A model generated the notes under the pieces. That model saw nothing but the letters and a program-made list of their open reading frames with translations. It did not search any database and had not been told where the DNA came from. The translations under genes were made by a program, and so were the position numbers. Below, piece by piece: positions 9,660 through 17,456 of a stretch of 32,000 bases of DNA (position 1 is its first letter; each line of letters starts with the position of its first letter). This DNA is from an archaeon. Its GTDB lineage: Archaea; Asgardarchaeota; Thorarchaeia; Thorarchaeales; Thorarchaeaceae. The DNA lies in assembly GCA_024275415.1 (NCBI GenBank), contig JAJRZD010000043.1, forward strand, positions 60,001-92,000, given 5' to 3'.

Positions 9660-10715
9660 TTGAAGATGATAGATTCTGGAAGTAAAGCAGGTCTTCCGCC
9701 GGGCACAATTGTCCATACGGGCCCAAAACGCGTGGACAGGACGAAAGTCCGGATCATTGACTACGATGCTGAGAACATGGATGTCTTGCCAGACGAACCG
9801 ATTGACCAATGCAAGCCATGTGAGGATGAGGGAAAGATCAGATGGATCCATGTCAACGGTGTACACGAAGTAGACAAGATTGAGGAGATTGCAACCAATT
9901 TCGGGATACACCCTCTTGTCATTGAAGATATAGCAAGCACCATGCAGAGACCAAAAATCGAGATCCTGAGAGATAGCGTCTACATCGTTTTGAGGGGGTT
10001 CACGTACGACAAGAAGCAAGATGTCATCTTCTCTGAGCAGATCAGTATCATCCTTGGGAAAGGATACGTCCTTTCGTTCCAGGAGTCAGCAGACGACATC
10101 TTTGAACCCGTAATACGGCGACTCCTACATCAAGAGAGCCGATTGCGAACAGGTGAAACAGACTATCTTGCATATTCGCTGCTGGACCTCATCGTGGATT
10201 ACTACTTTATTGTGCTTGAGATCATCGGCGACAAGATCGAGGCACTTGAGGACGAGATTGTCAACAGGGCCACTGAGGACATGCTGGGTGGGATATATGC
10301 CCTGAAGCGGAACCTTCTCCTCATGAAGAAATTCATTTGGCCTCTTGGTGAGGTCATCCTTCGATTCAACCGTGATGAAGCTTCCATGATAGAGGAAGAA
10401 ACGCAGGTGTTCCTGAGAGACCTGTACGACCACGCCATCAGAGCGATAGACCATATAGAGATTTACAGGGACTCGCTTACTGCCATGCTGGATATCTATC
10501 TGACGAGCATCAGCAACAAAATGAACGAGGTCATGAAGGTTCTCACGGTGATATCCACAGTATTCATCCCTATCACGTTCTTGGCATCTATCTATGGGAT
10601 GAACTTCCCGATTCCGGAATATCAGTTCCAATACGGATACCCTGTGCTGTTGTTAGTGATGCTGGTTATCAGTCTCGTATTGCTTGCATATTTCAGGCGT
10701 TTGAAATGGATATAG
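9660..10715 (+). CDS. corA: Magnesium/cobalt transporter CorA
   Basis: GLPPGT N-terminus, HPLVIEDI...QRPK, MNEVMKVLT, and the YGMNF signature followed by a second TM. The start may be the ATG at 9666. Confidence 0.96.
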   Translation: MKMIDSGSKAGLPPGTIVHTGPKRVDRTKVRIIDYDAENMDVLPDEPIDQCKPCEDEGKIRWIHVNGVHEVDKIEEIATNFGIHPLVIEDIASTMQRPKIEILRDSVYIVLRGFTYDKKQDVIFSEQISIILGKGYVLSFQESADDIFEPVIRRLLHQESRLRTGETDYLAYSLLDLIVDYYFIVLEIIGDKIEALEDEIVNRATEDMLGGIYALKRNLLLMKKFIWPLGEVILRFNRDEASMIEEETQVFLRDLYDHAIRAIDHIEIYRDSLTAMLDIYLTSISNKMNEVMKVLTVISTVFIPITFLASIYGMNFPIPEYQFQYGYPVLLLVMLVISLVLLAYFRRLKWI

Positions 10716-10732
10716 CTCTTGGAGGTAGAACA

Positions 10733-11212
10733 ATGGAAAAGACTGTTGATGAATCGCGCACGACAATGACACAAGTAGTGTTCCCCAACGATGTGAACAA
10801 CAATGGCACACTCTACGGAGGTAGGCTCTTAGACTGGATTGACACAATTGCAGGGATAGTTTCTAAGAGACATTGCCGGTCAAGTGTAGTGACAGCATCG
10901 ATTGACTCGTTGAACTTCCTTAGCCCGATATACCAGCGTGATATTGTTAGTCTCGAATCATGGATAAATTATGTTGGACGAACCTCGATGGAGGTGGAGG
11001 TGAGAGTCACCTCTGAGAATCCGATAACTGGAGAGAAACGCAAGACATGCAGGGCGTTCCTGACTTACGTTTCTGTCGATGAGAATGGCAAGCCAAAGGA
11101 GATTCCCAGATTACGCATTCAAACAGAAGAGGAAAAAGAAAGGTTCGAGTTGGCCAAGCAGAGGCGCGCGGAACGGATCAGGTCTCTCAAGCTTGAACCA
11201 ACCGAATGGTAA
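10733..11212 (+). CDS. Acyl-CoA thioesterase (hotdog fold, YciA/YkhA-like)
   Basis: PNDVNNNGTLYGG, WID, VVTASID, GRTSMEVEV and YVSVDENGKP motifs; GGAGGT Shine-Dalgarno upstream of ATG 10733. Confidence 0.93.
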   Translation: MEKTVDESRTTMTQVVFPNDVNNNGTLYGGRLLDWIDTIAGIVSKRHCRSSVVTASIDSLNFLSPIYQRDIVSLESWINYVGRTSMEVEVRVTSENPITGEKRKTCRAFLTYVSVDENGKPKEIPRLRIQTEEEKERFELAKQRRAERIRSLKLEPTEW

Positions 11213-11268
11213 CGCCCGCAAGGGACGACCATCCAAACCAATTGTTTTGTGCTAGTGAAGAGAAACCT

Positions 11269-12441
11269 CTATCTTCTTCTCTGCTTCACGACATAGAGCG
11301 CCGCTAACACGACAGGCAGTGCCACTATTGCGACCAGGTAGGGATTGGTCAGCCATGACTGCCAAGGCAAAGGTTCAGTGGTAGATGATGTGCCGTCGTC
11401 AGTCGTATAAAGGGTATAGTCTGGCAGTGTCGTGCGATCACCAGGACCGGGGAACTGAGATCCAATCTTGAGCACTCGGAAATCTGTGATGGATATCTGT
11501 GAATTGAATATCCAAGAAATCCCATCCTCGTCAGTTGGGAGCATACCTGCCCACGACTTGTCAGAACCAATCGGGTTGTATGCGTAAAGCTGATGTCCAC
11601 CGCCATTGTCACAAAGAAACATCCCGTACTCCTGTAGTGCTCTTGCAATGACTTTCCCGCTAGCAGGTATGTCTAGCGAATCGATATCCATGGATGGGTC
11701 AAGCTGCAGACGAGTACCCTCTGGTATCGCCAACGGTTCATTCGACATCCCGTCACTTGTTGTGGCTGGACGAACAGCACCACCAGATTTCACATAGAAC
11801 CAATCTGTGGAATATGCCAATGCATGATCAATTTGCCCTCTCGCCACTTCATCGGGAAATATCAGACCAGCTGTAAGGGCGAACCCGGAGCCTCGTGCGC
11901 TCCAGCTATCCGTGAAGATGCCATCCGAGTCGAGGGATATCTTGTTCCCCCAAGTGGCGGTCCATCCAGATGAGGTTTTATTCGCCTGCCAGAAGTCATA
12001 TTCAATCCGTGTGTCATTGTCAACGATGGTCATATGTCCATCATCTTCAGGGTCAGGGACTGCGTTATCAGGGATAGGCACCCCTTCCATGAAGTCCCAT
12101 AAAACCCATTCATCGGTCAGATCGACATCGTATCGTGGTGTAGTCGAGTCTGCAAAGAATACGGGTACGCTCCATAGATCAATCCCAACAAATATCTCTC
12201 CTTCACTCATACTTCCTACCATGTTGTTGACAATCGCATCGGAGTTAGGCTCGATTGCCGCATTCTCTGGAATCTTGATATTTAAAGGACTAGTGTCACG
12301 AAAAGGACGTTCTTCCCACGCATTCGATGCTAGAAGGAATCTATCAGGGAAACCTGATGCAGGTACTCCTGCCTCCGAACTACTAACAATCGGTATAAGT
12401 AGGACGACAAGGAATATCAGCAGAGATATGTGTCGCTTCAT
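11269..12441 (-). CDS. Secreted, C-terminally anchored hypothetical protein
   Basis: The likely start MKRHISLLIFLVVLLIPIVSSSEA is a signal peptide. An acidic globular region and a Thr/Ser linker follow, then a C-terminal TM helix and KQRRR. Confidence 0.75.
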   Translation of the reverse strand: MKRHISLLIFLVVLLIPIVSSSEAGVPASGFPDRFLLASNAWEERPFRDTSPLNIKIPENAAIEPNSDAIVNNMVGSMSEGEIFVGIDLWSVPVFFADSTTPRYDVDLTDEWVLWDFMEGVPIPDNAVPDPEDDGHMTIVDNDTRIEYDFWQANKTSSGWTATWGNKISLDSDGIFTDSWSARGSGFALTAGLIFPDEVARGQIDHALAYSTDWFYVKSGGAVRPATTSDGMSNEPLAIPEGTRLQLDPSMDIDSLDIPASGKVIARALQEYGMFLCDNGGGHQLYAYNPIGSDKSWAGMLPTDEDGISWIFNSQISITDFRVLKIGSQFPGPGDRTTLPDYTLYTTDDGTSSTTEPLPWQSWLTNPYLVAIVALPVVLAALYVVKQRRR

Positions 12442-12573
12442 TGAAAACAAATCCGAATGATACACGGCTGGAACGAAACGTAATAAACCTTCATCGTAAA
12501 GCCACTTAGCAGAAGCAAGACAAGTGCACATTGATGGTTGCCACTGCAGTATCACAAGCAATCAGCTGGATTC

Positions 12574-12999
12574 TTACGACTCTTCTATTAGGTTCAGTAC
12601 TTGTCGGGTGAATTGGGGGCCATCCTCAATGATTTGTGCTATTGCTGCATGAACAAGTTTTCTATCAATCACTTGATATTCATGGACTAAGATGTTCCGC
12701 ATTCCGACTAGGTTAGCTAGACGAAATCCTAGTGATTTATCAATTACTTCATGTTGGACAAGTTTCAAAATACCTTCTTTATAGGACGAAGGCGTTCCCC
12801 AACCTTTGGATGCTATGATGTGCCCAGCGATATCCAGAATTGCCTGAGCAATTATTTGGACACTCCGTTCAACGATGCGAACATCTCTCCAACTTTGGAT
12901 GAAGCAATTCAAACTCATTTGTTCGAATTCCTTAAGATGTTCGATCTCAATTCTAATATGTTCTATCTTTCGGTATATGATCTGGGCATCTATAGTTAT
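12574..12999 (-). CDS. hepT: HEPN (DUF86/HepT-like) ribonuclease toxin
   Basis: Catalytic RX4HXY motif RNILVHEY and IVERSVQIIAQAILDIAGHII. The frame is open upstream of the track's ATG (12918) to ATA at 12999, which overlaps the antitoxin TAA and is preceded by AGGAGG. Confidence 0.88.
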   Translation of the reverse strand: MTIDAQIIYRKIEHIRIEIEHLKEFEQMSLNCFIQSWRDVRIVERSVQIIAQAILDIAGHIIASKGWGTPSSYKEGILKLVQHEVIDKSLGFRLANLVGMRNILVHEYQVIDRKLVHAAIAQIIEDGPQFTRQVLNLIEES

Positions 13000-13430
13000 G
13001 GTGACTTCCTCCTAAGAGACTCTTTGAGAATCTTGCCCGCCCATATGTTGTAATCCGGGTAGTATTTGATGACACTCTCAACGAACCGCTCCCATGAGTT
13101 GTCCCTATTCAAGAGAACGCGCCCATCTCTAGCAATTCGGTATTTCAAGTCCCAGTCAACATCCTCTACCATGACAAGATCCACTCTAGTTTGAGGACCG
13201 TTCAATGCAGCAATTAATTGCAACCTAATCGTATTGCGCTCTTGGAGGTCTTTCACATTTGTCTTGACTGCAACATCAGTATCACTTAGGGCGTGGTCTG
13301 TCTGACGAGCTCTGGACCCGAATATGGTGATGAACTGAATCTGGTCATCGAACTCCTGTAGGATTGTCCTCTTTATTTCTTCAAAAGTTGGTTTCATCTC
13401 AAGATTACCTGCATATGTCAAATCGTTCAT
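12996..13430 (-). CDS. mntA: Minimal nucleotidyltransferase (MNT/MntA-like) antitoxin
   Basis: FGSRAR...SDTDVAV (GSX10DXD) and VDLV motifs; lies directly upstream of the HEPN gene. The start may be the ATG at 13397. Confidence 0.9.
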   Translation of the reverse strand: MNDLTYAGNLEMKPTFEEIKRTILQEFDDQIQFITIFGSRARQTDHALSDTDVAVKTNVKDLQERNTIRLQLIAALNGPQTRVDLVMVEDVDWDLKYRIARDGRVLLNRDNSWERFVESVIKYYPDYNIWAGKILKESLRRKSP

Positions 13431-13623
13431 TCGGATACTGTGTCACATTCGCACACCGCTCTTATAATACTCACGACAGTCTATACCTTCGTTCAGAATC
13501 TAGAAATGATTGGATGATTAAAACTTGGTAAGATGTATATCCTGAGCAGCAGGTAATTCAGGTAGCGGTATAGCAAGTACCATTACGTTTTTCGGTATCG
13601 GCCCTTCGGGATAATCGAATGAA

Positions 13624-14124
13624 ATGATTGTCATCAACATCTCAAATGTCAGCATCAGCATACTTTTCGAATATTTTGGCAGAATCTGGGAATTAGAATG
13701 GTATAAGACTTGGGCGTTGAATGAGAGGACAATTGGGTTCTTTGAGTTGAAGATAAAGCTGGGAAATTCACTCTGATTTCTTGATATTATAGTGGATCAT
13801 GACAACCAGAAGAAGAAGTGTGACATTCTCCTAAGACAAAAGAATACAGGATCCTCCGCTGAATATAACAGATATTTTAACAAGATGTGAAACCGTGTCA
13901 TAAAAGAACTCAGGACATTATCGAAAAAGCATGAGTGGGAGATCAGACTAGAAACCGAACCTCATCAGGGTGTGGAATGTCCCAAATGCAGCACAGTCAA
14001 TAACTATTCTGAGAACGAAGTAGGATTTGAGGGAGATGTCAATTGTCAAGACTATGGTGTCAAGTTTAACTTGTTCGAATTATATGAGAATAGGACAGCA
14101 AGAGAGGGAGCAAAGAATATCTAG
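13624..14124 (+). pseudogene. Disrupted paralog of the 14469-14981 zinc-ribbon protein, with in-frame TGA at 13774-13776 and 13888-13890
   Basis: Manual translation: MIVINISNVSISILFEYFGRIWELEWYKTWALNERTIGFFELKIKLGNSL*FLDII...NKM*NRVIKELRTL...CPKCSTV...CQDY...KNI*. It is 30/50 identical to the downstream gene over the first 50 codons, with no frameshift. Confidence 0.88.
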
Positions 14125-14468
14125 AAGGCTGGTTTGATATTTCCAAACTCGTCCGAAAATTGAGTTGTGATTAAGTAGCGGGATTAGTTGGAAAATACTG
14201 AATATTGATCAGGGAAGACACGAATTGAAATGGAGATACAAACAAACAACACTGGACACAAGCGACATTCAATCCAATGACCTAATTAATCGCATTGGTA
14301 GATTCTGTCAAACCCTCTCCATCTGTCCAGAACCTTTGCTTGCAGGGAAGAAGAAACTTACCAATCGTGTCATCAGGTATGTTTGTCTAGCCTACTGACA
14401 ATTGATTGCGGAATGTATCAGATAACCGCTATTTTTTTCTGCATCCAATCAAGTAGTATGTGAAGAAG

Positions 14469-14981
14469 ATGATTACCATCAGAATCTCGGATGTTAATAT
14501 CAGCGTCCTCTTTGAGTATTTGGGAAACCTGAAAGAGCTTGAGTGGTATGAAACTTTCTCGTTAAGTGAAGACACAGTTGGTTTCTTTGAGCTATTGATA
14601 AAACAAGGAATGTATGTATGGCTCCTACACGTGTTAGTCCACCATGACAACTCACAGAATGATTGCCGAATTCTCATAAGGCATGCTCCAAAGCCCTACA
14701 CATTAGGATATTCTAGGCGTCCTAGGAAACTGCGCGAACGTATCATCAGAGAACTTAGAAATCTAGCTCAGGAGCATGGATGGGCTCTTCGGATCGAGGA
14801 CGAAACTGAAGCCGAACTTCATCTAAGTGTTAGATGTCCGAGCTGTCATGCAGTCTATTCATATCCCGAAGATAGGATTGATCTTGACGGCAACGTCAAA
14901 TGCCAGAACTGTAACAATTCCTTCAGTGTGCTCAAATTATACAAACCTATAGCAGCAAGCAAGAGCGGAAAGAATAGATAG
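14469..14981 (+). CDS. Hypothetical protein with C-terminal zinc ribbon (CPSC...CQNC)
   Basis: The ORF is intact and has two CxxC pairs. The ATG at 14469 aligns with the start of the upstream paralog; an in-frame GTG lies at 14460. Confidence 0.8.
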   Translation: MITIRISDVNISVLFEYLGNLKELEWYETFSLSEDTVGFFELLIKQGMYVWLLHVLVHHDNSQNDCRILIRHAPKPYTLGYSRRPRKLRERIIRELRNLAQEHGWALRIEDETEAELHLSVRCPSCHAVYSYPEDRIDLDGNVKCQNCNNSFSVLKLYKPIAASKSGKNR

Positions 14982-15031
14982 ACACCCCCTCCGGTTCTAC
15001 AAGCTTGTGAGTTGAAGAGAATATTGAAGGT

Positions 15032-15265
15032 CTAGGCTTCCTTCAGCCGGTAAACCAATTCGTGGTTCTCTTCTCCCGCAATCTCGACCTTGCCCCATTT
15101 CAGTAGAGCCATCAGGTTCCAGACGATGAGGTCTTTTTCCAATTCGGATTTTCCTGCGATGTCTGAAACCGTAGCTGATCCCTTCGATAGTATGAGCTGG
15201 ATTTCCTGTCGTTGCTTTCGGATGTCGCTTCGTTTTTGTTCAAAGAAAGGTTCGAATCGCTTCAT
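15032..15265 (-). CDS. Small winged helix-turn-helix protein, last gene of the hdr operon
   Basis: 77 aa with an ArsR/MarR-like wHTH pattern: GSATVSDIAGKSELEKDLIVWNLMALLKWGKVEIAG...VYRL. ATGA overlap with the mvhD stop. Confidence 0.75.
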   Translation of the reverse strand: MKRFEPFFEQKRSDIRKQRQEIQLILSKGSATVSDIAGKSELEKDLIVWNLMALLKWGKVEIAGEENHELVYRLKEA

Positions 15266-15708
15266 TTCCATTCCCTCACAATTGGTCCTAGTTCTTTTAC
15301 CTGTTCAACGAGGGCTCTCACTCCATCAGCGAATATCTGTGCTTCAGAAGCACTAGCCCATTGAAGGCGTACCCGTTTGGGATTGACTCCCGCTTGTTCG
15401 ATGACCTGTTCCATGAGAGCCCATCGAGCACGAGCCTTGAGGTTCCCACTGGTGTAATGGCAGTCACCAGGATGGCAGCCACTCACCAGCACACCATCTG
15501 CACCCATATCAAGTGCAGCCAAGATGAATTCCGGTTTGATCCGACCTGTGCAGTTCACCCTGAGAATCCGTGCATTAGGAGGGTATTGGATCCTAGAGGT
15601 TCCTGCAAGGTCAGCACCTGCGTATGAGCACCAGTTGCAGCAGTATGCTACAATTCGTGGTTCCCAGTCATTTTCCGTCACTATAGTTGCTTTTGCTTCA
15701 GTCATCAT
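15262..15708 (-). CDS. mvhD: Methyl-viologen-reducing hydrogenase delta subunit ([2Fe-2S] MvhD)
   Basis: IVAYCCNWCSYAGADLAG, RVNCTGR, GADGVLVSGCHPGDCHY and WASASEA motifs. Confidence 0.96.
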   Translation of the reverse strand: MMTEAKATIVTENDWEPRIVAYCCNWCSYAGADLAGTSRIQYPPNARILRVNCTGRIKPEFILAALDMGADGVLVSGCHPGDCHYTSGNLKARARWALMEQVIEQAGVNPKRVRLQWASASEAQIFADGVRALVEQVKELGPIVREWK

Positions 15709-17456
15709 GCATTCCCTCCTGTAACCTCTTGGGGTGTGCAGAGATATGCTTCGACCATCGCAAGTATCTGGTCATCCGTGGAGTGTAACATCACAATCGC
15801 ACTGCTAGGACAGCCTCCAGCACATGTGCCACATCCATGGCACTTTGCCTCTGTGACTCTGGCAGCCTGCGGTTTAGCGTCCTTATCGATTGAGATTGCA
15901 CCATAAGGACAGGCTGACACACAAGTGTAACAGGTAGAACAAAGTTCGGGGATGACCTGTGCAACAGTTGATTCAATCTCTACTTTTCCACGAGCCATGA
16001 GTCCCACAGCCTTTGCTGCTGCTCCACTGGCATCAATGGCTGACTCGTGAGCGTTCTTTGCAGCCTGTGCGGCTCCAGCAATCATGATTCCAGCAGTGTG
16101 AGTGGTCAACGGTGCCAGCTTGATATGCTCAGGGTTGAAGAAGCCATCTGCGCTGCGGGTCAAGCTGAACAAGTTAGCGGTTTCTTCAATGTCCGAAGGA
16201 GGGACCATTGCAGAAGCAAGGACGAGCAGGTCAGGCTCGAATTGCAGGTGGTCTTCGGAGAGAACATCAAACCAGTTCAGACGAACTTTTCCTTTCCTTA
16301 TGGTCACCTGTGGCTTTTGATCTGGCGGGAACTTGCTATAGATGACGTTCCTACCACGTGCCAGCCTATGCATCTCTTCATGACCGCGGCCGTACGTCCT
16401 GATGTCCTGATAGAGAACCAGAACCTCATCGCATCGTTGACGTAGGTCGGAAGCGGCCTTTGCCACTGCTGAACAGCAATGACGTGAGCAATGTTCGTGA
16501 CCCTTTGTGCCGGGTTCACGAGACCCCACACAGCCAATGAAAGCAATCTTCTTCACAGGCTTCCCGTCACTTGGTTTGAACAGCTCATATTGACGGGGCA
16601 TCTCTTGCAGTTCTGCAAGTGTCACAACATCAGGAGATTCTCCGTACCCGTAATAACCAATTGGTCTGAACGGCTCGAAGCCGGTGGCGACAATGACGGT
16701 TCCAACCTTGTAGGTTCTTTCGGCACCTGTCGGGTTGTTCTGTATAGTGACCTCGAAATTCCCGATGTAACCCTCGAAATTGACGACCTTGCTATCTCGG
16801 ACGACTTCGATCTTTTCATGTCGCATTATGCGGTCAATAAGAGGTTCAATCACTTGCTCACCTATCTGGTCTGATGGGAACAGATGAGTCCACTTCGCAA
16901 CAGCGCCTCCTAGAACCTTGTCCTTCTCGACAATGACAACCTCGAAACCTCTGTCTGCGATGTCTAGTGCTGCCGTCAACCCTGCAATGCCAGAACCGAC
17001 CACTAGAGTTCGTGGAGTCACCTCCACCTTCTTGATGGGTAGTGCTTCGAGCTTTGCAGCCCGAGCGACCGACATTCGAACAAGGTCAATTGCTTTCTCG
17101 GTGGCCTCGACTGGCTGACGCATATGACACCACGACACATGCTCTCTAAGGTTGACCTGTTCGAATAGATAGCGATTGAGGTCAGCCTCTTCGACAACAC
17201 GACGGAATGTCGGCTCGTGCATCCGTGGTGAACAGCTCGCTACGACAACTCGGTTGAGATTGTGTTCCTTGATCTTTTGCCGTATGAGTTCCTGACCACT
17301 ATCAGCACACATAAACATCTCATGAGTCGAGAAGACAACATATGGCATGTCCTCAGCGACCTCAGCCACCTTGTCCACATCGACTACACCTGCGATATTA
17401 TGTCCGCAATGGCAGACAAACACACCAATCCTTGGAGTTTCAACTTCGCTCATCAC
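15705..17456 (-). CDS. hdrA: Heterodisulfide reductase subunit A-like (HdrA2): N-terminal cluster domain + FAD domain + C-terminal 2x[4Fe-4S], no inserted ferredoxin
   Basis: GVFVCHCGHNI, SCSPRMHEPTF, GSGIAG, CVGSR...CSRHCC, CSTCYTCVSACP and CHGCGTCAGGCP motifs. Confidence 0.93.
   Translation of the reverse strand: MMSEVETPRIGVFVCHCGHNIAGVVDVDKVAEVAEDMPYVVFSTHEMFMCADSGQELIRQKIKEHNLNRVVVASCSPRMHEPTFRRVVEEADLNRYLFEQVNLREHVSWCHMRQPVEATEKAIDLVRMSVARAAKLEALPIKKVEVTPRTLVVGSGIAGLTAALDIADRGFEVVIVEKDKVLGGAVAKWTHLFPSDQIGEQVIEPLIDRIMRHEKIEVVRDSKVVNFEGYIGNFEVTIQNNPTGAERTYKVGTVIVATGFEPFRPIGYYGYGESPDVVTLAELQEMPRQYELFKPSDGKPVKKIAFIGCVGSREPGTKGHEHCSRHCCSAVAKAASDLRQRCDEVLVLYQDIRTYGRGHEEMHRLARGRNVIYSKFPPDQKPQVTIRKGKVRLNWFDVLSEDHLQFEPDLLVLASAMVPPSDIEETANLFSLTRSADGFFNPEHIKLAPLTTHTAGIMIAGAAQAAKNAHESAIDASGAAAKAVGLMARGKVEIESTVAQVIPELCSTCYTCVSACPYGAISIDKDAKPQAARVTEAKCHGCGTCAGGCPSSAIVMLHSTDDQILAMVEAYLCTPQEVTGGNA

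Noticed and set aside
6065-10715. Genome-wide TAG-to-pyrrolysine reassignment
   Set aside because: The GNAT, MscS, CorA and FprA genes end at TAG at their expected C-termini.
13774-13890. TGA codons as selenocysteine
   Set aside because: They align to Trp and Arg in the paralog, not Cys, and are single transitions from TGG and CGA.
15246-15262. tRNA T-loop-like GGTTCGAATC
   Set aside because: It lies inside the wHTH CDS (antisense), the T-stem does not pair, and there is no cloverleaf.
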